From Armatimonadota bacterium (GTDB lineage Bacteria; Armatimonadota; HRBIN16), in the NCBI GenBank assembly GCA_026003175.1, contig BPGT01000003.1, positions 268,278-332,277 on the forward strand: a DNA stretch of 64,000 nucleotides. The letters are read 5' to 3'. The notes below the pieces were generated by a model. It was not told where the DNA came from, ran no database searches, and saw only the letters and a list, made by a program, of their open reading frames with translations. The translations under genes and the position numbers were made by a program. Of this stretch, positions 1-10,466 are shown piece after piece; position 1 is the stretch's first letter; every line of letters begins with the position of its first letter.

Positions 1-2998
1 AAAGCACCGCTTCACGCACTGGCAAGCTGGTAGAGACCCTCACCGCGCCGCGCGAGTTGTACGCCTCATACAGCCGAACGATGACCGCCTCTTCATCCTC
101 TGCTTTTTTGACCGACTCGATAATCGCCCCATCGCGGTCTACCCAGAAGAATTGCTTCCTGACGTTCCAGTCGCCACGCTGACCTACAGGCAGCAGCACA
201 GCTCTGGGTGGGCAGTTCAGGCTATACGCCTCCTCAATCACGCCGCTCTCCTGCAAACTGCCTGCGTGCGGAAACAGCGAATAGGTGAACCGGTGATGTC
301 CCATGTCCGCTTCAGGGTCGGGTGCTTTGGGCGAGCGCAACAGGGTAAGGCGCATGGTGTTACCGAACACGTCGTGCCCGTATTTGCAGTCGTTGAGCAG
401 TGCCACACCGTAGCCGTGTTCGCTCAGGTCTACCCACTTTTGCGCGGCGACCTCGAAGCGCGCCATGTCCCAGCTGGTGTTGTAGTGCGTCGGTCGCTCC
501 ACATGACCGTATTGAATCTCATACGTCGCCCGCTGGCTGTTTACTGCTACGGGGAAAGCCACCTTCAGCAGCTTATACTCCTCGTACCAATCCACTTCGG
601 TCGCGAAGTCAATACGTCGGCTGCCCTTCGCCAGTTGCACTGTCTGGGTGATGCGGGATTTGTCGAAGGTGCGCGTAAAGCGTACTGCTGCCCGTACGGG
701 ACCGCTCTCTATCACCTCTACCGAGTCCAGTTCGGTAATCACACGCCCTTTCTCCTGGTAAAAGATGTCAATGTCCCATGCGTCCCAGAAGAGTGGCTTG
801 TCCTCGAACAGCTGTAGCAGGTTGCCCTTTTCACCAGGTGCAAGCACCTCGCGCCCATTCTCACGGTCGTAGATGCGTTCTATAAGCCCCTGCGCGTCGA
901 ACTCTATCCGCAGGATGCCGTTGTCCAGCACGCGGGGGGAGACGGTAAACGGATTGGCTTCTTCGCAAGGTTCCTCGCGCAGGTCGTACACGATGTAAGC
1001 ATACCCTTCCGAAGCGTACCAGTCTTCCAGCAACGCGAAACGCCTGTTCCCATCTTCCACCACCTGTACAGGCACTATTGTGCCTTCAAAAAGCGCGGAA
1101 CGTGGAGCAGCGCCATCAGGCAAGGGCACTGTTACCACCTGCGTAAAAGGCGCGGGGGGCGTTGTACGCACCACCAACAGCGGCATCTGCATCCCTTCGG
1201 TGTTCACCTGCTCACCGATGGCGCGCAGGGCATCTTGCACCACGCGCTCGCCGATTTCGCGTACTTCCGCATAGTCGCGCTCCGAGTCGCGGTACACCTC
1301 GTTTACCGACGAGCCGGGGATGATGTCATGAAACTGGTTGAGCAGCACCAGCTTCCACGCGCGTTCCAACTCCTGCGCAGGGTAGTTTCTCAGTCCATCG
1401 GGGCGCAAGCAGGAGAGGAACTCCGCCTCGCGCAGCAGGAACTCGCTCTTACGGTTGTGGCGTTTGTTGCGTGCTTGTGTGGTGTAGGTGCCGCGATGCA
1501 GCTCTAGATAGAGCTCACCCACCCAGACAGGTAGGTCTTTCGCCTCCGCCTCTGCTTTGGCAAAGAAGTCACGGGCAAACTCTAGCGTGACGCGCGGCAT
1601 CCCTTCCACGTCGCGCAGGCGTCGGGCGTATTCCAGCATCTGCATTGTAGGACCGCCCCCTCCGTCGCCGTAACCGTAGATGTAAAGCGCACGGGTAGCA
1701 CGGTCGTGCTCCTTGAAATTATGCACATGGTACATCAACTCGTGTGGTGTCATGTTGCCGTTATAGGTGTCGGCGGGCGGGAAGTGCGTGAAGATGCGCG
1801 TGCCATCGATGCCCTGCCACAAGAAAGTGTGGTGCGGGAAACGGTTGAACTGGTTCCAGCTAATCTTTTGCGTCATGAAGTAGCGGATACCCGCTTTTTT
1901 CAACAGCTGTGGCAGGCACGCCGCATAGCCGAACACATCCGGCAGCCACAGGTCTACCGTTTCGATACCGAACTCCTGCATCCAGAACCGCTTACCGTAC
2001 AGGATCTGTCGCGCCAGCGACTCGCCGCCGGTGATGTTGCAGTCCGCTTCCACCCACATCGACCCGGCGACCTCCCACTGTCCCTCGCGCACCTTCTGCT
2101 TGATGCGTTCGTACAGACGCGGAGCCAGCTCCTTCACCCACGCATACTGCTGTGCCTGCGAGCAGATGAACTTGTATTCGGGGTACATATCCATCAACCT
2201 GACGGCGGTGGCGAAGGTGTGGATGCATTTTTGCTGGGTGCGTTCGAGGGGCCACAGCCAGGCGGTATCGATGTGGGCATGTCCAATCGCGCTGATTTCG
2301 TGGGCAGAAGGGCAAGCGGGCTTATTATACACCTCCGCCACCATCTGGCGGCAGCGGGCGATGCTGTTTCGGTCGTTGGGGGCGAAGGCGTTCACAGCGG
2401 CGTTGAGCGCAGTAAGCAGTTGTGCGCGGCGAGGCTCGTTCGCCGGCAGTTCCTTCAGCACCTCCAGCGCAACGCGCATGTCGAAGTACAGTGCAGTGAT
2501 GTCGCGATCCCACACCGCCAGATTCGCCAGACGGAAAGTGAAGGGGTTCGGTGGAGGCTCCACCGGTTTGGCATCCACGCTCACGAATGGGTTCATGCCC
2601 GTTGCCTGCACATAGAGGGTGACTTCCTCGCCTCCCCGTGCGGAATCGGTGACCAGGTACTCGCGGTGGTTTTCGTCAATTCCCTGCCGCGGGTCATTGC
2701 CCACCCATACCACCGCCTCCGCCCCGCAGTCGATAAGGGCGCACACGCTCTCTCCACGCCACTCGGGAGGGATGACGGCGGTAAAGCGGAACCAGGCGTC
2801 GCTCCATATCGGTCCCCAGGTATAGCCCGGCTCTACGGGAGTGTACGTTAGTTTGGGGGCGTCTTCAGGGCGAACTCTGCCTTCGGGACGGTACACCGCC
2901 GCCTGCATGGGTATCTGCTGCGCCCAGATTCGGGGTTGCAGCTCGTTGCGGATGAAGCGATCCACCCGCGCCAGAGTCAGTTCGGGATGTTTGAGCAT
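1..2998 (-). CDS. Alpha-mannosidase, GH38 (3' end runs off the left edge)
   Basis: Manual translation from ATG 2998 (MLKHPELTLARVDRF) with GGAGG upstream. Contains GHAHIDTAWLWP and LWLPDVFGY GH38 motifs. No stop in the window, so it is absent from the ORF track. Confidence 0.93.
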   Translation of the reverse strand, partial: MLKHPELTLARVDRFIRNELQPRIWAQQIPMQAAVYRPEGRVRPEDAPKLTYTPVEPGYTWGPIWSDAWFRFTAVIPPEWRGESVCALIDCGAEAVVWVGNDPRQGIDENHREYLVTDSARGGEEVTLYVQATGMNPFVSVDAKPVEPPPNPFTFRLANLAVWDRDITALYFDMRVALEVLKELPANEPRRAQLLTALNAAVNAFAPNDRNSIARCRQMVAEVYNKPACPSAHEISAIGHAHIDTAWLWPLERTQQKCIHTFATAVRLMDMYPEYKFICSQAQQYAWVKELAPRLYERIKQKVREGQWEVAGSMWVEADCNITGGESLARQILYGKRFWMQEFGIETVDLWLPDVFGYAACLPQLLKKAGIRYFMTQKISWNQFNRFPHHTFLWQGIDGTRIFTHFPPADTYNGNMTPHELMYHVHNFKEHDRATRALYIYGYGDGGGGPTMQMLEYARRLRDVEGMPRVTLEFARDFFAKAEAEAKDLPVWVGELYLELHRGTYTTQARNKRHNRKSEFLLREAEFLSCLRPDGLRNYPAQELERAWKLVLLNQFHDIIPGSSVNEVYRDSERDYAEVREIGERVVQDALRAIGEQVNTEGMQMPLLVVRTTPPAPFTQVVTVPLPDGAAPRSALFEGTIVPVQVVEDGNRRFALLEDWYASEGYAYIVYDLREEPCEEANPFTVSPRVLDNGILRIEFDAQGLIERIYDRENGREVLAPGEKGNLLQLFEDKPLFWDAWDIDIFYQEKGRVITELDSVEVIESGPVRAAVRFTRTFDKSRITQTVQLAKGSRRIDFATEVDWYEEYKLLKVAFPVAVNSQRATYEIQYGHVERPTHYNTSWDMARFEVAAQKWVDLSEHGYGVALLNDCKYGHDVFGNTMRLTLLRSPKAPDPEADMGHHRFTYSLFPHAGSLQESGVIEEAYSLNCPPRAVLLPVGQRGDWNVRKQFFWVDRDGAIIESVKKAEDEEAVIVRLYEAYNSRGAVRVSTSLPVREAVL

Positions 2999-3307
2999 GG
3001 ATGCCTTCTCGTCACCTCCGTGTATGGCTTTGTTTGCACCGGATAGTACCGGTAGTTTCTCCTGACAAGGGTGGTCTTCCTGCCTGCGAGGGGCAGGAAC
3101 GTTTGCGCTACGCCCTCGCCTTGTTGACAAAAGTGACCTTAGCGGAGTGTCTTGTTTATCCCTTTCGCGCGATGTTTAACTGTTAGAAACCTGCTCTCCA
3201 CCATGTTTGACAAATTCTCTCCACGATGCCATGATGGACGCACAGCGATTCCCTGTCTGCGTTTGTCGTGAGGCACGTCCGCGGTTCTCCACAACACAGG
3301 GAAAGGG

Positions 3308-3571
3308 ATGGTGATTGTGTATCGCTACGAGGCGACCATACGCTACTTTCTCCGGCAGGGCTTTCCCCTGCACGAGGCAGAAGACCTGGCGCAAGAGGTG
3401 TAGATACGGCTCTGGCTGGCGCAACAGCGCGGCCCGGAGTGTAACCTCCTGTCCTGGCGTCGCGCATGCCGTTCGGTGTTGTGCGACCATCTGCGTCACC
3501 TGCGCAGGGAACGGCAACTTTTTGTGCCTTTGGATGAGGCGGTGGATTACCCTGCGCCCTCGTGCTGGTGA
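3308..3571 (+). pseudogene. ECF sigma factor region-2 remnant with in-frame TAG
   Basis: Translates MVIVYRYEATIRYFLRQGFPLHEAEDLAQEV*IRLWLAQ...RACRSVLCDHLRHLRRE. Stop at 3401-3403, no region 4. A TTGACA-N17-CATGAT promoter lies upstream at about 3207-3235. Confidence 0.65.
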
Positions 3572-3786
3572 TGCCCACGAACGCGATGGCTCTACGTAGC
3601 AGCGCGGACATCCAAGGCGTTGCAGCAGCTTATTATCGTGAGATTGTGCGCACAGGCAACACATACATCCTGCGTCCCAGTCAACAAGCACCTCCAACAT
3701 TCGGTACGACCTTCAGAAGAAAGCAGGAGCAAAGGAACGCCTCGCTGTTTCCCGCAGTGTGGTGGAAGGGGACTGAATATGGTCAG

Positions 3787-4425
3787 ATGGAAATTCGCGT
3801 GAGGAGGAGCGAAGAGGGGGTAGTGCGGGTTTTCGTCAAAGCGATAGCAGTGCCTCTATCCAAATTCTGCGAACGATTCTCCAAAGAGACGGGCTGGCAA
3901 CTGCAGGTGGAGCCGGATTTGCAGGCAGTACGCATCTTTGCCAAATGGCAATCTGTGTCGCCTGGGGAGGTGGTAGAAGCTATCTCGCTGTTGCTGCGCA
4001 GTGAGGTACAGGTATTTTTCTCGCGCAGTGTGGAACAGAAGCAGGCGGAACAACGTGCCCTGGAAGAAGAGGCATCTCTGGCAGAACGTGCAAAGATTGT
4101 GCACACACGTGCGGAGTATACGGAACAGCTGCTACCAGAGTTGCTGAACGAGCTGACGCCAGAGGAGCTGGAGCGGTTTCAACAGGGACAAGAGGTAGAG
4201 GTACCCGTGTCGCGCTTGTCGCCAGGTCTGTCTGATCGCGCTCTGCGCTTCGCAGCAGACTTATGGGATGCACTGTTTGCGACAATAGAACCTCAGCCGG
4301 GAGAGACATTTGTGAGAGAGCATCTGCGTGAATGCGAACCAGTGCTCCGGCTACCCACGCCGCAGCGGAGCTACCTGGGTATTCGTTTCAGGAACCCTTC
4401 CAGTGGGCAGGAATACGTGCTTTGA
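3787..4425 (+). CDS. Hypothetical protein (possible STN/secretin-N-like segment); start uncertain (3562-3787)
   Basis: ORF of 287 aa from 3562 with plausible composition from 3787. VPLSKFCERFSKETGWQLQVEPDL resembles STN-type segments. Confidence 0.6.
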   Translation: MEIRVRRSEEGVVRVFVKAIAVPLSKFCERFSKETGWQLQVEPDLQAVRIFAKWQSVSPGEVVEAISLLLRSEVQVFFSRSVEQKQAEQRALEEEASLAERAKIVHTRAEYTEQLLPELLNELTPEELERFQQGQEVEVPVSRLSPGLSDRALRFAADLWDALFATIEPQPGETFVREHLRECEPVLRLPTPQRSYLGIRFRNPSSGQEYVL

Positions 4426-4519
4426 GGGCAGACATCTGGTTGGTTCCTCTCCTCCCATTATGCTCTGCCCTGTGTATTATCACCTCAACAACGGATAGGA
4501 CACCAACATCCCCCCCTTA

Positions 4520-4546
4520 GAAACTTCTGCCCACCCCCTGCGTCTA
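4520..4546 (+). promoter_or_regulatory. ECF (SigW-like) promoter
   Basis: GAAAC (4520-4524)-N16-CGTCTA (4541-4546) directly upstream of RBS GGGAGG and ATG 4580. Confidence 0.5.
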
Positions 4547-4579
4547 TAACAGTGAGAACCTTCGTAGGGAGGTAGTGAA

Positions 4580-5206
4580 ATGAAAGCACGTATTTCCCTT
4601 CGGACGGTGGGGGGTATGGTGCTGGCGCTGCTGGTCGGTTTCCTGTTGGGTAGTAGCATCCAGCCGCTGCGGTCACAGCCATCGGCGCAACAGCCAGCTA
4701 CCCAACCCGTCGGTGATGCGCTGGTGGAACGGCTGGTGCGTGAAGCGGACGAGACGGGCAGGCAGGTGCGTGCCGATGTGGCTGCATTAACAGAGTTGAT
4801 GAAGCGGGTGATTCGCGAGGTGGAGTTCGGGCAGCAGAGTCCTGAACTGGAACAGCAAGGTAAGGTGCTTACCGAACGCATCGGGGTGGACGTAGAGGTA
4901 GCGATTGCTCAGACACTGCTGGCAGTGGCGGAGAAGTCGGTGGTACGCAATGGGCAAGAGCAATGGGTGATTCAACGCATCACGGACTTCTTTAAAGCGC
5001 CTCAGTCTGAGGTGCTGCGCTACCGCGAGAAGGGGTATACGTTGAGCTCTATCATCTTGGCGTACGGTATCGCCAAAGCGGCGAACGCTTCACCGGAGCG
5101 AATATTCGAGATGCGCCAGATGCGGCAGAGCTACCCCGCCATCGCCGTTACGCTGGGTGTGAAACCACAGGCACTGGGCAAGGCGTTGCAGGGGCTATTC
5201 CCCTAG
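4580..5206 (+). CDS. Hypothetical exported/membrane-anchored protein
   Basis: 208 aa, strong RBS, N-terminal hydrophobic helix, C-terminal YPAIAVTLGVKP motif. Confidence 0.8.
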   Translation: MKARISLRTVGGMVLALLVGFLLGSSIQPLRSQPSAQQPATQPVGDALVERLVREADETGRQVRADVAALTELMKRVIREVEFGQQSPELEQQGKVLTERIGVDVEVAIAQTLLAVAEKSVVRNGQEQWVIQRITDFFKAPQSEVLRYREKGYTLSSIILAYGIAKAANASPERIFEMRQMRQSYPAIAVTLGVKPQALGKALQGLFP

Positions 5207-8200
5207 CGAACGACTTCCGCTTGACCCGGGATAAGCACACTATCGCCCGTGTCGAAGTCCCATATTAACAGCACGGCGCGACCGTCGCCGTCGGGATCTG
5301 CTTGAAGCGGGGCGAGAGAAGTGTTTCCATCCAGTACAATCTCGCCTTGCCAGGCGGATTTCAACCGCCACCGGGCGGTACGTGCTTCGTTGCTGACCGC
5401 CATGCCCTGCACGGGAGCCACCGCATCCAGAGCCAGTACGGTGGGTGTGCGGACGATACGCCTCGCCTCATCCACCTGGCTTACCAGCGCCCTGCCACGC
5501 AGGAACTCGTAATCGCCCAGCCACAATCGCCACCGATTGCCTTCGCGCCGGGCACGGAAGATTTCATAGTCCGCCTGGTGCTCTCCTGCGCGGAACAGCA
5601 CCGCACGGTGTTGCAGTGCCTGCGCTGTGACGTTGGCTCGCAGCTGCACCACTACCTCGTGCTTGTCGGGCAGCACCTCTGCAACGGTTCCTTGCAGGTC
5701 GTGCGCCTGCAGTTTCCATTCGCCACAGGCGACCTCGCCGCCACTGACGAATGCCTTTTGCACCTTGTCTGCGTTATCGTATCGGATGACAGCGAAAGCC
5801 GCTTTGCAGGTGAAACCGTCGGGCAGCTTCACCCGCTTTTCGGGCGTGAGAGAAAGCAAAACCACGTCGCGCCCATGCCGATGGACTATTTCTATCGCCA
5901 CAGTATCCGCACCGGCGGGTGAAACCGGAAGCAGGTGCAAGCTGTGGATGAGCGGTGTGCTTCGCGCCGCCTCGATAACCGTGACAAAAGTGCTTCGCAG
6001 AGGCTCTGTCCCCTCAGCCTGCGTGTGGGCAATGAGATACTTCAGTGGGGGGTTGGCGCGGTTGCCTTTGGGGTAGCCGTTGCAAGCGATAAAGCGCGTG
6101 GGCTGCGTGGGTAGCCAGTGGATACGCAAACGGATGTCGCCCTGACGCCAGCTTGCCAGCCAGGGGCGGTCGCTTTGCACCTCCTGCGGGTTGGTGAGGA
6201 AAGCGAAACCGCTGCCGGTATACCCGTGAAAGCCTGAGGTAGCATTCGCACGCTGTGGGTCATCGTACATCTTTGCGAAGGGTACGTCTTCGCCGGCGAG
6301 AGTACCGGAGTGAGGCTCAGGGAAAGCTATCCCCCTGTATAGCACATCCGTCGTCGGCAGGTGCAGGGAGTAGTGATGTTGCTTGCCTCCCTGCACGTGG
6401 AACACATCCACCACATAGAAGGCATCGTCGCCCGGCAGGTCTATCATGGCTGTCTGTCGACGATAGAGAGAGGCTTTATCGGGATAAACGCTCTCGGCGG
6501 AGGCGTCCACGAGCTGCACCCAGCTGGTGTGTGCGAATCGGTGCAAGCGTCCTCTGGCGAGGTTTGCCTGTCTCTGCGCGTCGATCATCACTGTGCAGTG
6601 GCTGACAGTGTGCGTCGTCCAGCCGGGTGGCTCGGGGTCGTCTGCAGCAAACTGCGGATAGCCGAGGTCGGGCAGTAACTTTTTGCCGAAGGCAAACAGT
6701 TCGATATTAAGCCGGTCGTAATGCCCATGTCCACCGCCTGCCCAGCCGTAGTACAACGTGAGGGCGCGCTGGTTATCGCCCTGTCCTTGGCGCAGTATCG
6801 CCAGTCCGTAATCGCCCAGCAGGCGCGAACGCTCGTAGGGAGAGGTATCGGGCGGGGTAGAGGGGGCAGGTGGCAGGGCAGGCTGGAACAGGTCGGTGAA
6901 CCCAGTGTAGGCGCGTTCTGCATCCCCTTGCAGTTTGGGAAGCAGGGGATAGAATAGCGGGTCGCCATACTGACGATAGGCGATTTCCGCCATCCAGGCG
7001 GGCAGGTCAATGCGTGAGACCTCCACACTGCCCGAATCGCCGATAGTGGGGGTGAAGCCCTTCGCCGCGCTCAGCTCGAACGGGTAGTAGAACAGTCGAC
7101 GAACGACAGAGTGCTCGAACAGGTTCACTCCTGCTTGTTGCAGGTAGTCGCAGATACGCGCTACCTCCTGATTCCAGAGGAAGTGGTAGCCTGGCGCGGA
7201 TTCGTGTCCCATCCCCTCGCGGAAGAAGAGGTTGACGAGCGCGAACTGCAGTCCCTCGTGCGTGTAGCGGTCGCTCGTGTTATAGAGCAGATAGTCTACC
7301 GACCACTTCAGCAGCTCCGGGTCCTGCGAAACGATAGCGGTAGTCAGCAGTGTCTTCTGGTGCATCCCGTAGTTGCCGGAGATGCGGTATTCCTTGATGG
7401 CTTTCACAAACTCCATTAGCAGGTTGTGGTAGAGATGCTGGCGGATAGCGCGGGCGTCTTTGCCGAGCGACCTTTGCAGCTCCGCATCCTCGTCGATGGC
7501 ATCCCAGACGAAATCCACCGCCTCCGCAAGGTTCGTAGCGACACCCGTCTCCCAGATGGCGTTGACGATTTTGCCCGTGTAGGAGGGTAGGAACTCGGTA
7601 GCATAGCGTGACTGCTTGTTATGGTCCATGTCGGGATAGTAGTCGGCGATGCGGCAGAGCATCACCAGCGCCTTGTGTGCGTAGCGGCGGTCTCCCGTTA
7701 ACAGATACGCCCGCGCCAGATTGTGCACCGCAGGGATGATGTGGCGCAGCCAGTGCCAGTGACAGTAGTAGGCAACGAACCAGTATTTCTTCTCCTCGCC
7801 GGGCTTCTTCCAGCCCCAGCCGTCGTCGGGGTAGTCGCCGGTGAGCAGGGAGCGGTCGGTCATACCGCTTTTCAGGAACGCACCGAAGTCGTTGGATGGG
7901 AACTCGCTCTTGCAGTTAGGACAGATGACCTTCCAGGGTTTCTCCAGCGGTGTTTCGAAGCCGTAGTTGCCGTATTTGAACGTCTCTCTACCGCACACGG
8001 GGCATCCCGAGAAGCTGATGTTGAATGCGCGGGGAACCTGCGGCGGGGGAATGGTCTCGCGCAGGTAGTCATCACTGAACTGCACCCACTGCCCCGCCAT
8101 CTGCAGGATATCCTGCACTGCCTGGCGCGCTGGCTCTTCATGTGCCAGACGATGACGTGCGCGCTGTATCTGTTCGGGAGTGAACAGGGCAATGCCGTTT

Positions 8201-8271
8201 TTAGACACGCTATCCGCCTTTCCCACCGTGATGCCGAAGCAGAGCACGGTGAACAGGATAAATGCACGCAT
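5203..8271 (-). CDS. Heparinase II/III-like secreted protein
   Basis: 1022 aa, signal peptide, ESAPGYH, HGHYDRLNIELF and SHCTVMID motifs, N-terminal CPVC...CPNC pair. Confidence 0.88.
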   Translation of the reverse strand: MRAFILFTVLCFGITVGKADSVSKNGIALFTPEQIQRARHRLAHEEPARQAVQDILQMAGQWVQFSDDYLRETIPPPQVPRAFNISFSGCPVCGRETFKYGNYGFETPLEKPWKVICPNCKSEFPSNDFGAFLKSGMTDRSLLTGDYPDDGWGWKKPGEEKKYWFVAYYCHWHWLRHIIPAVHNLARAYLLTGDRRYAHKALVMLCRIADYYPDMDHNKQSRYATEFLPSYTGKIVNAIWETGVATNLAEAVDFVWDAIDEDAELQRSLGKDARAIRQHLYHNLLMEFVKAIKEYRISGNYGMHQKTLLTTAIVSQDPELLKWSVDYLLYNTSDRYTHEGLQFALVNLFFREGMGHESAPGYHFLWNQEVARICDYLQQAGVNLFEHSVVRRLFYYPFELSAAKGFTPTIGDSGSVEVSRIDLPAWMAEIAYRQYGDPLFYPLLPKLQGDAERAYTGFTDLFQPALPPAPSTPPDTSPYERSRLLGDYGLAILRQGQGDNQRALTLYYGWAGGGHGHYDRLNIELFAFGKKLLPDLGYPQFAADDPEPPGWTTHTVSHCTVMIDAQRQANLARGRLHRFAHTSWVQLVDASAESVYPDKASLYRRQTAMIDLPGDDAFYVVDVFHVQGGKQHHYSLHLPTTDVLYRGIAFPEPHSGTLAGEDVPFAKMYDDPQRANATSGFHGYTGSGFAFLTNPQEVQSDRPWLASWRQGDIRLRIHWLPTQPTRFIACNGYPKGNRANPPLKYLIAHTQAEGTEPLRSTFVTVIEAARSTPLIHSLHLLPVSPAGADTVAIEIVHRHGRDVVLLSLTPEKRVKLPDGFTCKAAFAVIRYDNADKVQKAFVSGGEVACGEWKLQAHDLQGTVAEVLPDKHEVVVQLRANVTAQALQHRAVLFRAGEHQADYEIFRARREGNRWRLWLGDYEFLRGRALVSQVDEARRIVRTPTVLALDAVAPVQGMAVSNEARTARWRLKSAWQGEIVLDGNTSLAPLQADPDGDGRAVLLIWDFDTGDSVLIPGQAEVVR

Positions 8272-8334
8272 GGTATACTCCTCCTGTGATAAAGGTTGGC
8301 GGGAGGTGGGTGAGGTTCCTGTTTTGGGGGAGGG

Positions 8335-8616
8335 TCAGGGAGTATCAGCTTGCCCCACGCACACTCTACCGAACACGTTCGGGACAACAAGGGTTTCGTC
8401 ACCGTATGGGACACTGGGAGTAACCCCATTCAGCATCGGGAGCCCTTCTGCGAATAACTTCCATCCCTGTTGGGCGGGTTGTTCGCACCGCCACAGTAGG
8501 GCTGAAGCCTCGAGTGCCGCCACACTCATCTGCTCATAGAGCCATTGGCGCAGATCTTCTTCGCTTCCGAAGCGAAGGCGCAGGTAATATGCAGGTTGTC
8601 GATGTTCTGGCGTCAT
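8335..8616 (-). CDS. Hypothetical protein (last ORF of the tubulin-like island; may be the C-terminus of the upstream gene)
   Basis: 93 aa, ATGA overlap with the upstream stop at 8613. Confidence 0.5.
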   Translation of the reverse strand: MTPEHRQPAYYLRLRFGSEEDLRQWLYEQMSVAALEASALLWRCEQPAQQGWKLFAEGLPMLNGVTPSVPYGDETLVVPNVFGRVCVGQADTP

Positions 8617-10428
8617 CCAGTGGTCAGATAGCTGGAGAGTTTATCCATGCGCTCTTGCAGGTCGGCTATCGTGTTGACGCCTATATCCTCTAATCCTTTG
8701 CGGATAACTCCGGCAAGGTCGCGTTTGCCCCATAGATCCTCTGCCATTGGCTGGATATGTTTCCAGTGAGAGACGATGGCTCGCAAGGGGCAGAGGCAAA
8801 AGAATTCGCAACGCTTGAGCCGCCTGTCTCCAAAAAGAAACACGGGTGTTGATATCCTGCTGCAGGTTTTGAGCGCGTTGCAGTTCGCTGGTGATAACCT
8901 CCTTCATCTCCTGTGCCGCGCTTTGTAGGACACAGAGCGCCCTCCACCGAAGGAGGCTCCGCGTGTTGTGCGCGCAGGCGTCCCAGGTAGTCGTCCCAGC
9001 ATTCCTGCAGTCGCATCCTTCGGCGGCGATAGAATAGGTATGCTCCACCGCCTACTGCAACCGGAGGCAATATCGCCATTGCTGCCACCGCCCACCATAA
9101 GTAGGCTCCCAAGTGGGGAGACAGTAGCCATAACACGCCTTGCAGTAGAGCCCACAGGACCAAGATGATGAGGGCAGCAATGGTGATGAGTTTCCCTAGT
9201 TCTGGCAGCCGCTCCAGCGCCTCTTCAAAACGTGTTCTGGCGGATTGGATAGTTTCGCTGCCGGGCTCCGTCATGTTCATTTTCAGAACCGTCCAACGAT
9301 CCATCGCCTGTGCTGCTTTATCCAGAGCGAATCTAAGCAGGGGCAGAGCACCCCGTGACACCAGCATATTGTTCTGGATGTATTGTCGGAGGTAGCTGCG
9401 GAACACCTGCAGCATTTCATCTGCTGCTGATTTGCAACGCCTGTTCATTTTGAGGCAGCGTCTCTTGGCGCCAGCGGGCGTCCCACTCGTCTGTTTCCTG
9501 CAGCCATCGGTGTGGATCCCTGCTCAGTTCGGGACGGTCCTGTTGGAGCGACAGCGTCAATCCTGCGCCTGCACCAGCAACGTTGGGTATCGCTTGGAGC
9601 AGACGTTGCCACCAGGCGGTCTCTTCCGGTTCAAGTTGGGGGGGCTGTCTCCGGGGGTGTTTCCGGTTCGGTGTTGAGCACAGAGTAAGCATCTGCAAGC
9701 AGCTGGTACGTTAGGGCATCCTCAATCTCTGGTAGCGGCAGCACTACCAAACCGAAGCCGTGGTACTAACCACTCCTTATTAGACCCCAGCGGCTTGCGG
9801 AGCAACCAGTGTTCAACGCCGTGGTCTGTTGGCTGTAAGGCAGCAAAGAGAAAGTAAGGCAGGGTAGTCAAAAACTCATCCTCAGTGAGTATTGAACCAT
9901 CTGAGCGTACCGGTGCCATTGTCCACCTGGAAGCAAAAGTGAGTAAATCGCTGTGGGTAAGTATGGCGAGTATCTTCGTCGTTAGGAAGGTCCAGACCAC
10001 TGGAGTGTGGGTGGATAATCAATATGTGCAGCCTGGGCGGTATCTTCTCTTTGATGGACAGAGCAGCCTCTTCCAGCATACGAACGATCGCCGGGATATG
10101 CTCTGTTTGGTCACTGCTGACAACTAACAGGATCTGCACCAGCAAGTAGCCACCAGCTGGACCAACGCTGATGCCTGCGTTTCTGACCCTTTCAAGATTT
10201 CGCTCGGCGCGGATGCGGCACATCCATTCTGCAAGAGGGTTGACGAATTGCCCCGAAATACCCACATGGGGGATATGCAATTTCTCTACCCTTCCTGCTT
10301 CGTACCGCCCGATAGCCACGATGTGTTCCACTGGCGAGCGAAAGGAGCGCAATAAACGCACCGTTTGCTCTAAGGACCTGAGAGGCAATTTCCCCCGAGC
10401 CAATTACCAGCATGGGGTGGGTGGTCAT
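8613..10428 (-). pseudogene. Degenerate tubulin-like membrane protein, about 602 aa after removing seven +1 frameshifts (pseudogene or sequencing error)
   Basis: Start MTTHPMLVIGSGEIASQV with RBS AGGAG. Consecutive ORF fragments join by single-base removals near 10374, 9928, 9765, 9641, 9432, 8959 and 8788. Two TM helices at about 9050-9190. Confidence 0.6.
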
Positions 10429-10466
10429 TCTCAGCTCCTATTGCTTAGGCTCGCCCGTGGTAGCGC

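Noticed and set aside
152-2851. Long plus-strand ORFs (221 aa, 381 aa)
   Set aside because: Antisense shadows of the GH38 gene on the minus strand.
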